A DNA stretch of 64,000 nucleotides from Nibricoccus sp. (GCA_047602425.1 JASGHG010000001.1:3808001-3872000); one strand, 5' to 3'; shown: positions 20,411-31,197, counted from the first letter of the stretch. The notes: generated from the sequence alone by a model not told the origin. Numbers and translations are program-made.

Positions 20411-20443
20411 GGCAGAGAGTAACCTAATAGGTTACTCTCTGCC
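20411..20443. repeat. Perfect palindrome with 16-bp arms between convergent genes (REP-like or bidirectional terminator)
   Basis: ggcagagagtaaccta-a-taggttactctctgcc; related copy at 63049-63077. Confidence 0.8.
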
Positions 20444-20472
20444 GGGAAGCTCAGTGGGAAATGAGCCGGTTA

Positions 20473-22398
20473 TTATTTATCCGTGCGGAACGGGGCGGCG
20501 GGTAGCGCGGCGGAGTTTTCCAGGTTGGTCTCGGGGTTGTCGGCCCAGGCGTAGCGGACGAATTTTGGGGCGGGCACTTCGGCGCTGGTGACGACCGCGA
20601 CGGTTTCATCGATTTTGGCGGTGGCAGAATGGTAGATACCGTCCGTGCCGGCGAGAGCGAAACCTTTTACCGCTCCGGAGCCATCACGCGTGCGCAAGCC
20701 CGTAGCGTGCTGCCAGTGAATGCGCGCGGTGGCACCGTCGATCTCGACGCGCTCGAAGGTTGGGCCGGAGCATTCGAGGTTTTTCTCGCCGTAGGTTTTG
20801 GCGCGGGCGAGTAGCGCGAGACGACGACCGACGTCGAGCTTGTTGCGCGGATGGATGTCGCTGGGATTTCCGATATCGAGGATGACGGCCATGCCGGTAT
20901 TGGGCTCCGCGAGAGTTTGTGTTTGCGCCTCGCGGAGGAGCGGCCAACCGGGCCCGGCGGTGAAGTTGGCGAGTTGCACAAAATAAAAAGGGAACGGGCC
21001 CTGGCCCCAGCGCGTGCGCCAGTCACGGATCATCGCGGTGAAACGGTCGCGGTAGGTGGCGGCGACTTCAGTGTTGGACTCGCCTTGATACCAGATGGCG
21101 CCGCGGATCCCATAGCCGACAAACGGCGCGATCATGGCATTGAAAAGATACGCCGGGTTGTTTTGCGGAGCGAGGATGGCGGGGGCGGCGGGCGAGGAGG
21201 CGAATACGCTGCCAGGAACGAGCGGGACCTCGCGTTCGACGGCGTAACGCCAGTCGACGGCCAGCGAAATGGGCTTTTGGTTGCTGGCGGTTGTTTCGGC
21301 TAGCATCAGTGGCGCCGGGCCGGCGAAACCGCCATCGCCAAAATGATCGAAGACGCGCACGGCGATCACATTTTTACCGGGCTTCACAAGGGAAGCAGGC
21401 ACGGTGTAGCGGCGTTTTACCTGATAGGCATTGAGAATGTCGCGAAGCGTGGCGCCGACGCGTTCGCCATTGAAATAAGTGGTGTCGAAATCGTCGACCA
21501 TACCGAGGCTAAGCGTCAGCTCATGGCCGGCCCAGGCGGAGGGCAGGTCGAGCGTGAGACGGAACCAGACGCAGCCATTGAAACGCATTCCGGCGCTTTG
21601 CCAGAACATCGGCAACGTCATGGTCGGCCACGCCGTTTCGTTGAAATCCAGTTTGGCCCAACCGCGTGGTTCTCCTTCATTAACGCGGTCGATGGGAAAA
21701 TTTTGCAACTCCCAAGCGTCGACTTTAGCCGCGTGCTCGGCGCGGATGCGCGGAAGATCCTTTTCGGCCGCCGCGAGCTCGGCGATTTCCTTTTCGACAT
21801 CCATCACGGAACGGAGAGCCTCACGGCTGGCCCAGGCTTCGACGCGGGTGCCGCCCCACGACGTATTGATGATGCCGACGGGTACGCCGAGTTTTTGGCG
21901 GAGTTCCTTGGCGAAGTAGTAACCGATGGCGGAAAAGTCAGCGGCGGCCTTGGGCGATGCGGAACGCCAGGAGCCATTGGCGGTGGTGAGCGGTTCCTTC
22001 GAGGCGGCTTGGACAACCGTGAACATGCGCAATTGCGGATCGTTGGCCGCAGCGACTTCGGCGGGACCGCCGTCGGACATGGGGAGTTTCCATTCCATGT
22101 TGGACTGGCCGGACGCGAGCCAGACCTCGCCGACAAGAACGTCGTCGATCACCGTTTCGGTGCTGCCTTTGACGTGAAGACGATAGGGACCGCCGGCGGG
22201 CAATTCGGGGCAGGCCAGGCGCCAGCTGCCATCGGAGCCGACAGTGACGCTGATCGGAGCAGGCGCGGTTTTTGCGCCCTCGACGGTGAGAGTGATGACT
22301 TGTTGCGGTTGGTCGCGTCCCCAGACGGGATTGGTTTGGCCGCGTTGCAGAACCATGTGATCGGAGAAAAGCGGGGCGAGGAGCAGGGTGGCGAGCAT
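20473..22398 (-). CDS. Sialate O-acetylesterase (SASA) family protein with inserted jelly-roll domain
   Basis: FSDHMVLQR, GEVWLASGQSNM, WGGTRVEAW, IWYQGESN, PFYFVQLA, IHPRNK, VRYAW, LPAAPFRTD. Confidence 0.92.
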   Translation of the reverse strand: MLATLLLAPLFSDHMVLQRGQTNPVWGRDQPQQVITLTVEGAKTAPAPISVTVGSDGSWRLACPELPAGGPYRLHVKGSTETVIDDVLVGEVWLASGQSNMEWKLPMSDGGPAEVAAANDPQLRMFTVVQAASKEPLTTANGSWRSASPKAAADFSAIGYYFAKELRQKLGVPVGIINTSWGGTRVEAWASREALRSVMDVEKEIAELAAAEKDLPRIRAEHAAKVDAWELQNFPIDRVNEGEPRGWAKLDFNETAWPTMTLPMFWQSAGMRFNGCVWFRLTLDLPSAWAGHELTLSLGMVDDFDTTYFNGERVGATLRDILNAYQVKRRYTVPASLVKPGKNVIAVRVFDHFGDGGFAGPAPLMLAETTASNQKPISLAVDWRYAVEREVPLVPGSVFASSPAAPAILAPQNNPAYLFNAMIAPFVGYGIRGAIWYQGESNTEVAATYRDRFTAMIRDWRTRWGQGPFPFYFVQLANFTAGPGWPLLREAQTQTLAEPNTGMAVILDIGNPSDIHPRNKLDVGRRLALLARAKTYGEKNLECSGPTFERVEIDGATARIHWQHATGLRTRDGSGAVKGFALAGTDGIYHSATAKIDETVAVVTSAEVPAPKFVRYAWADNPETNLENSAALPAAPFRTDK

Positions 22399-22443
22399 AA
22401 GGGGAATGATTTCAATTTGAACGTGCGCCGAAGCGAAACACAA

Positions 22444-22484
22444 CCGCCGGCGTCATAGTGCGATGTTCACTATAACGCCGGCGG
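22444..22484. other. Strong hairpin upstream of the acetylesterase
   Basis: ccgccggcgtcatagtg-cgatgtt-cactataacgccggcgg. Confidence 0.5.
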
Positions 22485-22799
22485 ATTTCCACACACACCT
22501 AACAAAAAAATTGGAGCGGGTTTGGAGACGAAGCTGAGCGATTTGCTGAGGCGGGGAGATTGGTAGCGGAGCCAGGAAGGCTTTTCTGCCATTTCGCCGA
22601 TGGGTTAGGGGGCTGGGAACGGGGGTGAAACTAACGATTTAACCTTAAATGCAGAATTTTCGCGGAGTTTCAAGACGCTTTTGGCGGTCGCCTGCGAAAA
22701 TTCGCGAACGGCAAAAATCGAGCAAGTGCAACTGGTCTGCGCGTGGAGAAACCGTGGCGAGACGACCAACAACTTTTTTGGGATTCTATAAAAAAAGGA

Positions 22800-22845
22800 T
22801 TGATAAAACGGATTTATCCCTAAATTAAATTTAACGCTAAACTAA
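22800..22845 (+). promoter_or_regulatory. AT-rich promoter region with LacI-like operator candidates upstream of yicI
   Basis: Imperfect CG-centred palindromes gataaaacggatttatc (22802-22818) and tttaacgctaaa (22830-22841); a LacI-family gene lies in the same cluster. Confidence 0.35.
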
Positions 22846-22874
22846 AACTACCCCGCGTTCACCCCAAGACATCG

Positions 22875-25205
22875 ATGAAGTTTACCGACGGCAACTGGCT
22901 CCTTCAGCCGGGCGTGCAAGCCCATTATCCGGCTGAGGCTCATGATTGTACCGCCGAGCCTGGCTCGCTGGTCGTGCATGCGCCGACGCGCCCGATCCGT
23001 CATCGTGGTGACACCTTGCAGGGACCGCTCCTGACAATTCGGTTGAGTTCGCCCATGCCGGACATCATCAAGGTGCGCATTGAGCATTACAGCGGCGGGA
23101 TTGACCGTGGACCGCACGTGCCGCTGGTGCCTCAGCCGGCCGCAGTGGTGCAAATTTCCCAGAATGCCGACGAAGCGGTTTTTGCCTCTGGCGATTTGTC
23201 CGCCCACGTGAAACGCCGCGACGGCTGGGAGTTGTCCTTCAAGTCAGGCAACCGCGTTCTGACCAAGAGCGGTTTTCGCGGCATGGGCTATATACAATAT
23301 GCCGGTCACGGACCTTTTGTGCACGAACAGCTTTCGCTCGGAGTAGGCGAATGTGTATATGGTTTGGGCGAGCGATTCACCGCCTTCGTGAAGAATGGCC
23401 AGGTGGTGGAAAATTGGAACAAGGACGGTGGCACGGGCAGCGACCAAGCATATAAGGCGATTCCGTTCTATATGACGAATCGTGGTTATGGTGTGCTTGT
23501 GAATGAGACTGGCCCTGTATCGTTCGAAGTCGCCTCGGAAAAAGTTTCCCGCGTGCAGTTCAGTCTGCCCGGCGAAAGTCTCGAATATTTTATTATAAAC
23601 GGTCCGACGCCGAAGGATATATTGCGCAAGCTCACGGCGCTGACCGGACGTCCGGCGCTGCCGCCCGCGTGGTCGTTTGGCCTGTGGCTGACCACTTCAT
23701 TTACGACGAGTTACGACGAAGCCACGGTGACGAGTTTTATCGAAGGCATGAAATCGCGCGACCTGCCGTTGCATGTTTTTCACTTCGACTGTTTCTGGAT
23801 GCGCGAATTCGACTGGTGCAATTTCCAGTGGGACCCGCGCGTGTTTCCGGATCCGGTGGGATTGCTGCGCCGTTTGCACGAGCGCGGCTTAAAAATTTGT
23901 GTGTGGATAAATCCGTATATCGGGCAGCGCTCGGCGTTGTTCGAAGAAGCACGGCGCCAAGGGTACCTGCTGAAAAAAGCAGATGGCGGCGTGTGGCAGA
24001 CGGATTTGTGGCAGCCAGGCATGGGCATTGTGGATTTCACCAATCCGGGTGCCCGTGAATGGTTCGCCGCGCACCTACGCCGTCTGGTGGAGATGGGCGT
24101 AGACAGCTTTAAAACGGACTTTGGCGAGCGTATTCCAACGGATGTTGTATATTTCGACGGATCCGATCCGGTGAAAATGCACAATCACTATACCGTGCTT
24201 TATAATGAGGTTGTTTTTAACCTCCTGGAGCAGGCGCGCGGCAAGGGTGACGCCGTTGTCTTCGCCCGTTCGGCTCACACCTCCGGACAACGTTTCTCGG
24301 TGCACTGGGGCGGGGATTGTCATTCCACTTTCGAATCGATGGCGGAGAGTCTGCGAGGCGGACTCTCGTTGGGGCTTTGCGGCTTCGGTTATTGGAGTCA
24401 CGACATCGGTGGCTTCGAAGGATTGCCTCCGGCGGATGTATATAAACGCTGGTTAGCTTTTGGCCTGCTTTCATCGCACAGCCGGTTGCACGGCAGCTCA
24501 TCCTATCGCGTGCCGTGGAATTATAATGGCGAGGCTTGCGATGTACTTCGCTTTTTCACCCGGCTCAAATGTCGCCTCATGCCTTATCTTTACGGCGCGG
24601 CCGTCGAAGCGCACCGCGAAGGCGTGCCGATGATGCGGCCGATGATCGTGGAGTTCCCGGACGATCCAGCCGTCGTGACGCTTGAGCGTCAGTATATGCT
24701 CGGTTCTTCGCTTTTGGTGGCACCGGTGCTTTCTGAAGACGGCGTGGCCGATTATTACTTGCCCGCTGGCCGTTGGACGCACCTCCTTACCGGCGAGGTG
24801 CAGACGGGCGGGCGCTGGCATCGTTCGCAACATGACTTCATGAGCATGCCCTTGTGGGTCAAGGCTGGTTCGGTTATGGCCTTGGGCCAGCAGGACAGCC
24901 GCCCGGACTACGAATTTACCGAAGGCACGCTCTACCGTGTTTACGAACTCGCTGATGGCGCCACCGCCACCTGTCAGGTGCCGACGCTGAAGGGCGAGCA
25001 GGGCTCGTCTCTGAAGGTCACGCGCAGGGGCCAGCAAATCGAAGCCGTGCTGGAAGGCACCGCTTCCGGCCGCTGGCAGCTGCAGTTAGTTGGAGTGAAA
25101 TCTGTTGGATCCATCGAAGGCGCTGCTGCGCAGGCTGACTCGTTGGGTACAATTCTTGTCTGCGACAACCCTGCGATTCGACGCATCAATGTTAAACTTT
25201 CCTAG
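22875..25205 (+). CDS. yicI: Alpha-xylosidase (GH31)
   Basis: MKFTDGNW, YGLGERFTAFVKNGQ, WSFGLWLTTSFTT, HVFHFDCFWM, FKTDFGERIPTD, WSHDIGGFE, SHSRLHGS. Confidence 0.95.
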   Translation: MKFTDGNWLLQPGVQAHYPAEAHDCTAEPGSLVVHAPTRPIRHRGDTLQGPLLTIRLSSPMPDIIKVRIEHYSGGIDRGPHVPLVPQPAAVVQISQNADEAVFASGDLSAHVKRRDGWELSFKSGNRVLTKSGFRGMGYIQYAGHGPFVHEQLSLGVGECVYGLGERFTAFVKNGQVVENWNKDGGTGSDQAYKAIPFYMTNRGYGVLVNETGPVSFEVASEKVSRVQFSLPGESLEYFIINGPTPKDILRKLTALTGRPALPPAWSFGLWLTTSFTTSYDEATVTSFIEGMKSRDLPLHVFHFDCFWMREFDWCNFQWDPRVFPDPVGLLRRLHERGLKICVWINPYIGQRSALFEEARRQGYLLKKADGGVWQTDLWQPGMGIVDFTNPGAREWFAAHLRRLVEMGVDSFKTDFGERIPTDVVYFDGSDPVKMHNHYTVLYNEVVFNLLEQARGKGDAVVFARSAHTSGQRFSVHWGGDCHSTFESMAESLRGGLSLGLCGFGYWSHDIGGFEGLPPADVYKRWLAFGLLSSHSRLHGSSSYRVPWNYNGEACDVLRFFTRLKCRLMPYLYGAAVEAHREGVPMMRPMIVEFPDDPAVVTLERQYMLGSSLLVAPVLSEDGVADYYLPAGRWTHLLTGEVQTGGRWHRSQHDFMSMPLWVKAGSVMALGQQDSRPDYEFTEGTLYRVYELADGATATCQVPTLKGEQGSSLKVTRRGQQIEAVLEGTASGRWQLQLVGVKSVGSIEGAAAQADSLGTILVCDNPAIRRINVKLS

Positions 25206-25305
25206 CCGAGAATTGTTTTTGTTTTCCCCTTTTTTTGACCCTTTACAGCAACTCCGACAACCAGCCGGAGCGATGTAATCCAAAACCGAACAACCCCCCC
25301 ATACT

Positions 25306-28300
25306 ATGAAAAAGCATACCATGCACCGGCCGGTGCTGGTGCTTTTGGCAATGTGTCTTGCGCCAGGCTTTGCCTTGGCGCAAGGCGCTGCGCCGAGCAC
25401 TACAGCCACCGAGCCCGTTCAGAACAAATCGAACGATGCAACGACTTCCAGCAGTGACCTATCCGATGAGCAGGTACTGGTGTTGGATCCGTTTTCAGTC
25501 ACGACCGAGCACGAAGGCTATCAGGCGACCGACACCTTGGGCGGCGCCCGCGTCCGCACGAAATTGGCAGACACGCCTTCGTCAATTTCAGTGATCACGC
25601 CCAAATTTATGCAAGATCTGGGCGTCACCAATGCCGAGGATTTGTTGAGGTATACTACAAACACTGAAATCGCCGGTCTTAACGGTAATTTCTCTGGCGT
25701 CACCAGTCGTGGTTTCGGCGCGGTGGGCGCAGCGGAAGGCTCGCGCCATGCGAATCCATCGGGGACGAATCGTGCACGTGGTCTTACCGCCATGGATAGC
25801 ACAAGGAACTATTTTAAAACCTATATCCCGGGCGATAGTTTCAATGTAAGCCGTTGGGAAATTGCGCGTGGTCCGAACTCGTTCCTGTTCGGTGTCGGAA
25901 GTCCCTCCGGTATTAACAATGTGATGACGAACGAAGCCGTATATAAAAATATGGGCTCCCTCGAAGGTAAAGTGGGAAGCTTCGGCACGCATCGTGAGAG
26001 CGTTGATTACAACTATGTACTCGTTCCAGGACAGCTCGCTCTTCGAGTGGATGCATTGAATGACGATACACAGTACCAGCAGAAACCTGCTTTCAGCCGT
26101 TCGAAGCGAATTTATGGAACGGTGCGTATCGATCCCAAGGTGCTAGATACCGGTTGGGCTCACACGAAGATTCAAGCCAACTTCGAACACGGAAAAGTCG
26201 ATTCAAACCTTCCCCGCGAGTTGCCGCCGCTGGACTATATTAGCGGCTATTTCCAAGGGACCAATAAAAATGGTTATGACCCGTTTACCTATAATAGTAA
26301 CGGCCCGAACAATTATGACGTTAACGCTTCTCCGTGGGTGACCAACGCCAACAACATGCACTATGCATGGGGAAATAGCGCGACCTACTGGTACGATGCT
26401 CTCTCCGGCAATCTGCTCCGAGCTGCCCAAAGTGGTATGGGTGGCACGGGAGCTCCCGCTGGTCTTACCAACGTGCGTCAGGATGGTAACACCTTCCATA
26501 TATATACAGCCGGCTTTGCGCACTTTGCCCGGTCCCAAGATTATACTTATCCGAATTCGTTCCCGGGCGCCTATGCGCGCACTGTGAACTATCTCGATAA
26601 GAGCCTCTCAAATACCTCCATCTTCGATTTCTACAACAAACTGATCGATGGCCCCAACAAACGTGAGTGGCAGAACTGGGACTCTTTCAACGTCAACGTG
26701 GTTCAAAGTCTGTTTGATAACCGACTGGTCATTCAAGCCGTGGCAGACCATCAGAAATATACACGTGGAAAAGAAGGTCTGCTGACGTCCTATATAACGC
26801 CATTTATCTCGGTCGACTTGGACTCTTATATGCTCACCTATCCGTCGTGGTTGCCTCAGGCCCAGACGAATCCCAATGTCGGCAGGCCATTTATTGCCGG
26901 CGACATGAGCGGTGGCGGCAACAACTCAGCCGACTACACGACGCGCAACTATCAGTTGACGGCCTCCTATTCGCTGAAATTTGAAGACCTGATTGGAAAA
27001 GGACCGTTGGCGAAGGTTCTCGGACACCACGAAATAACCGGGCTGGCTGGCAGATATACCACCCTGGCGGACCTCAAGGCTTGGGATCTATACGCGATGG
27101 ACACGATCTACGCCCAAAATGCCCGCAGAACGGATATGACGTTGTCGAATCGGACCGTGAGCTGGGTCGCCTATCTTGGGCCGACGCTGAAAAACTGGAA
27201 TTCCCCTGCGGGATCAAACCTCAGCAGCCTAACCAATCCTTTGATTCCGACATCGGGACCGGTTAAAGTTTGGAATAACACCTACACTGGTGATCTAACG
27301 GCTGTTAATAATCCTTGGAATAATCCTATACCGGGAGTCGTCGGTGGTGTGACAACAACCCAAATTAATAATCCGGCAAACTACGCTGGTTATACCTCAC
27401 TGGCGTCAACGGTTCTTAATTCGCAATACAATCGAGACCAGCTGTACACTTCGGGCAGCAAGTCCGATGAAACGATCACCTCGAAAGCCCTCATGTACCA
27501 AGGCTATTTCTGGGATGATACGGTCATCCCGATGATTGGTTTGCGTACCGACAAGGTGCGTCAACGTGGTAACCAAGCTGTGGTCTATGCGGAAACTGGC
27601 GTGGCAAACATGAACTACAGCCTGATCGATTCAGGCGTTACCGTGGAAACGAAATCGAGCAGTTATGGCGTCACGGTCCACTTGCCGAAATCGATTAAAA
27701 AGAAGCTGCCAGGAGAAACGGATATTTCACTGTTTTACTTCCATGGTGAAAACGAAACGCCTCGCGTGCGCTACGGCATCGACGGATCGATGCTTCCAAG
27801 CGAGTCGGGACGTACCAACGACTATGGCGTTCAACTCGATACCTTGAACGGTCGTGCGTCGCTGCGTTTCACGGTTTTCAAAACCGAAAATAAAAATGCC
27901 CAAGCCTCCTATGGACAGCCACTCGGTGCCGCGGGCTGGCTGATCGACTCGCTTCCTTCGTGGACCCTCACGATGGCTGCGAGTGGTATCATGACCTCGC
28001 AGGGTAATCCTCCTGACACCGGTAATTCCTGGCTGTGGGGTTGGGGACAATCGAACCCAGCTCTGGCTGCCCAGATTGCCACGGCGATTCGCAATGAATT
28101 CCCAAAGCTGTTCCCGCAGTCTTACTGGGATCAATACGGCATGCCGGTCAGCGTGGCGGCCATTCAGCGGGGAGATTGGGCCAACGTCGTCTCCAACGGA
28201 GCAGGACCCTATCCTTGGAGCATCAACAACACGCACTTGATTCACGGTGTGCAGCCGATCATCGACCAGAACATTGTTTCGAAGGGCTATGAAATCGAAG

Positions 28301-28929
28301 CTAACCTTAAGCCTCTGAAGGGCTGGGATGTTTCTTTCAATGCCTCGAAGGTAAAAGCCTACCAAACTTCCCTAGGTGAAGGCGCCGATCGTTACTTGAA
28401 CGGCATGGCTCGCTTGTGGCTGGGTACTGTCATCGGTGATACACCTGAATGGGGTGGTGGACCGATTCGCAACGAGTTCATGAGCGGCATTTGGGCTCCT
28501 TACCTCACGCAGGTCGCCTTGACCGGCACCGAGCAGCCTGAACTGCGGAAATGGAACTTTAAGGTCATCTCGAACTACACGTTCTCTCGCGGTCCTTTGA
28601 ATGGCTTCAACTTCGGCGGAGCCTATCGTTGGGCTTCGAAGCCGATTCTTGGTTATGGTATCAAACGGACCACGCTGTTCGGGAACTCCGCGTGGATCGC
28701 GGACGTAAACCAACCGCATTACGGCACGATCGATTCTCATTTCGATCTGTGGGTTGGTTATCAACGTCAGCTTTCCAAGAAGCTCGACTGGAGAATTCAA
28801 CTCAACCTGCGCAACGTCGGCGAGCGCGCTCATTTGACTCCGATCTCCGTCGAGCCGGATGGCACGTGGGCCCAGCAGCGCATCGTGAACGGTCAGACCT
28901 TCGAGGTGAGCAACAAGTTCATGTTCTAA
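25306..28929 (+). CDS. TonB-dependent receptor (Opitutaceae type)
   Basis: Signal peptide; VLVLDPFSV (TonB-box region); plug motifs GYQATDTLGG...TPSSISV and EIARGPNSFLFG; DWRIQLNLRN; C-terminal aromatic NKFMF. Confidence 0.9.
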   Translation: MKKHTMHRPVLVLLAMCLAPGFALAQGAAPSTTATEPVQNKSNDATTSSSDLSDEQVLVLDPFSVTTEHEGYQATDTLGGARVRTKLADTPSSISVITPKFMQDLGVTNAEDLLRYTTNTEIAGLNGNFSGVTSRGFGAVGAAEGSRHANPSGTNRARGLTAMDSTRNYFKTYIPGDSFNVSRWEIARGPNSFLFGVGSPSGINNVMTNEAVYKNMGSLEGKVGSFGTHRESVDYNYVLVPGQLALRVDALNDDTQYQQKPAFSRSKRIYGTVRIDPKVLDTGWAHTKIQANFEHGKVDSNLPRELPPLDYISGYFQGTNKNGYDPFTYNSNGPNNYDVNASPWVTNANNMHYAWGNSATYWYDALSGNLLRAAQSGMGGTGAPAGLTNVRQDGNTFHIYTAGFAHFARSQDYTYPNSFPGAYARTVNYLDKSLSNTSIFDFYNKLIDGPNKREWQNWDSFNVNVVQSLFDNRLVIQAVADHQKYTRGKEGLLTSYITPFISVDLDSYMLTYPSWLPQAQTNPNVGRPFIAGDMSGGGNNSADYTTRNYQLTASYSLKFEDLIGKGPLAKVLGHHEITGLAGRYTTLADLKAWDLYAMDTIYAQNARRTDMTLSNRTVSWVAYLGPTLKNWNSPAGSNLSSLTNPLIPTSGPVKVWNNTYTGDLTAVNNPWNNPIPGVVGGVTTTQINNPANYAGYTSLASTVLNSQYNRDQLYTSGSKSDETITSKALMYQGYFWDDTVIPMIGLRTDKVRQRGNQAVVYAETGVANMNYSLIDSGVTVETKSSSYGVTVHLPKSIKKKLPGETDISLFYFHGENETPRVRYGIDGSMLPSESGRTNDYGVQLDTLNGRASLRFTVFKTENKNAQASYGQPLGAAGWLIDSLPSWTLTMAASGIMTSQGNPPDTGNSWLWGWGQSNPALAAQIATAIRNEFPKLFPQSYWDQYGMPVSVAAIQRGDWANVVSNGAGPYPWSINNTHLIHGVQPIIDQNIVSKGYEIEANLKPLKGWDVSFNASKVKAYQTSLGEGADRYLNGMARLWLGTVIGDTPEWGGGPIRNEFMSGIWAPYLTQVALTGTEQPELRKWNFKVISNYTFSRGPLNGFNFGGAYRWASKPILGYGIKRTTLFGNSAWIADVNQPHYGTIDSHFDLWVGYQRQLSKKLDWRIQLNLRNVGERAHLTPISVEPDGTWAQQRIVNGQTFEVSNKFMF

Positions 28930-28992
28930 TCTCTATCAGCAGACGCCTACTCTCGGGAATTTGCTAACCCACAGCCTGAGAGTACAAATTGC

Positions 28993-29026
28993 AGCCCGCA
29001 TGGCCCCTGGTCATGCGGGCTTTTTC
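28993..29026 (+). terminator. Rho-independent terminator
   Basis: agcccgcatg...catgcgggct followed by a T run. Confidence 0.75.
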
Positions 29027-29132
29027 ATTTCACAGCGGGCTTGCGATGTCCGCCCGGGGCTGGTCTGCTGCGAGCTTCCTGTTTATCGCCCGATCGGCCA
29101 TCCTGTATCAGAAACCTTTTAACATCGGTAAT

Positions 29133-29660
29133 ATGAAGTCCCGTTTGCTCGTTCTCGCTGTCCTTGCCCTTACGGCCTGCATGGCCCCCGGACCTCAGGC
29201 CCGGATCAAAATTTCGACGGGCGAACGGGTGGTGGTCGGCCTTCGCGACGGCAGGGTTGAAGGTTTTCAGAGTGACGTTGTAAAGGTCCTGGCCGCCCGG
29301 TTGATGTTAAACGCCCAAAACAAAAACGGCGTCTACGATCTGGGGCTTCTGTTTGTCGACGGCGCCCAGCCTGCAAGTATTTTGGTGGAAGATGTGAGCG
29401 ACGAAAAACCCGTCCTTGTATTGCGTGATGACAAACCAGTCCTCAATCAACGCATCTGGCACAAGACCAGCGAACCCGTTGATTTGATGTCAGATTCCAT
29501 GAAGTGGATGCACGATATCGACGATAGTTTTCGCGTTTACGATTTCCATATCACGTTGCAAGACGGACGAAAAATCAGGGTGCTCCAAGCCTCGATCTAT
29601 CTTGGTTTCTTTAAGTCCGCCATGATGCAGACAATCAACCCCGACAAAAATAAACCCTGA
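29133..29660 (+). CDS. Hypothetical lipoprotein
   Basis: MKSRLLVLAVLALTAC lipobox. Confidence 0.7.
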   Translation: MKSRLLVLAVLALTACMAPGPQARIKISTGERVVVGLRDGRVEGFQSDVVKVLAARLMLNAQNKNGVYDLGLLFVDGAQPASILVEDVSDEKPVLVLRDDKPVLNQRIWHKTSEPVDLMSDSMKWMHDIDDSFRVYDFHITLQDGRKIRVLQASIYLGFFKSAMMQTINPDKNKP

Positions 29661-29711
29661 GCGCTGGATTCCGCCGAGGAAATCGAGTTTATCTCTTTCA
29701 CCCCTTTTCCC

Positions 29712-30822
29712 ATGACGTCCTCGAAAAAACCGAAATCCCTGCGCGCCGCGACGCTTTCCGATGTCGGGCCGCGAGGCGGGCGTTTCGGCGATGGCGGCTT
29801 CGGCCGTGCTGAACGGCGCCCGTACCTCCTCCCGCATCGCTCCCGAAACGCGCGATCGCATCCTGCAGGCCGCCGCCAAGCTCCAATACCGCCCCAATGC
29901 CGCCGCGCGAGCTCTGGCCAACCGCCGCATGCACACCCTCGGCCTGGCCGCAGTCATCGAAGGCGGCGAGCTCAATCCGTACTTTCTCGAAGTTTTCAAC
30001 GGCATTCTGGAGGCCTGCTCCCGCCGCGAACAAAACACCACGGTTTTCACTCTGCATGACTGGCGCCGCGACGCCGCGCGTCTCTCCGGCTGGTGCGATG
30101 GCCGTATCGACGGCATGATTTTGGTGGCCCCGACGATGACGGCTGAAACGGCGAAACACCTTCCGACGCACACACCTTTCGTCGCGCTTCATGCGAACAT
30201 CGCTGTCGCCAACGTCGTCAACATCGAGACCGATGAGGAGCGTGGTTCCTATGAAATGGTTCGTCATTTGATCGCTCAGGGGCACCGCCGGATCCTGCAT
30301 GTGAGTGGAGACGAAGGTTTGGTCGGCGCCGAGCGTCGCTTGCGCGGTTACAAAAGGGCTTTGGTGGCCGCCCATATTCGCGTGGATAGCTCGCTGATTA
30401 TTCAGGCCAGCTTTAGCACCGAGAGCGGCCGCAATGCCATGCGTGGTTGGTTAAAACGCCATGCGGGCGAACCGCTGCCACACGCGGTTTTTTGCGTGAG
30501 CGATGGCGTGGCGATTGGCTGCATGGAGGCGTTGGCCGAAGTCGGCCTGCGAGTCCCCGACGATATTTCAGTGGCCGGTTTCGACGATACGCTGGCGGTC
30601 CGCACCACGGTTCCGCAGCTCACCACGGTTCGCCAACCTCTGCGTGCAATGGGCAATCGCGCGGTCGAAGTTTTGCTCAGCTGTATCCAGCGTCAAAACG
30701 ATCAAGCGCTGCCTGCACCGCAAAATCCCGTAGTCTTTCCGGTTGATCTGGTTCCGCGCGCCTCCGTCGGTGCGCCGCCTGCCGTCCGCCGTATCGTACC
30801 TTCGTATCGCGGAGTCGTCTGA
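29712..30822 (+). pseudogene. LacI-family transcriptional regulator with a +1 frameshift in the HTH (pseudogene or sequencing error)
   Basis: ATG 29712 gives ...ATLSDVG; the HTH continues REAGVSAMAASAVLNG in the 29761 frame; extra G in GGG at 29766-29768; sugar-binding domain intact (VPDDISVAGFDD, LTTVRQP). Confidence 0.85.
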
Positions 30823-30933
30823 TATTGAGGGGTTAACGGGGGATTTTCCCCGCCATGGGGCTGAGGGATTTTTTATCAGTTTTTTGGATACGCACATTTA
30901 ATCCAAGTGCGAAAAGAGCCGATTTATAAGGGC

Positions 30934-31197
30934 ATGGAACACTCACCTAGCTCAGAATCAGCCCTCTATCCGTACCCGCTCGACGAAATCAAGAGCATGG
31001 CGGACGAGTGCGGCTTCTCGGTCGAGCAAATGGCGAAGGCGTTGCACCTGAAGGAAACAGCCAAGGCTCAGCAGCTCTCAGACTCGGAGTTGGCCGAGGC
31101 GCTCATCTGGAGCGTCTGGGTGGACATCAATCCGAAGAAATGTCCGCTGTCCTTCGCCTTGCTGGAAGAAGCCATTACCCGTCTGCAGAAGCGATGA
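30934..31197 (+). CDS. Small hypothetical protein
   Basis: Isolated ORF with plausible codon usage in an otherwise empty interval. Confidence 0.5.
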   Translation: MEHSPSSESALYPYPLDEIKSMADECGFSVEQMAKALHLKETAKAQQLSDSELAEALIWSVWVDINPKKCPLSFALLEEAITRLQKR

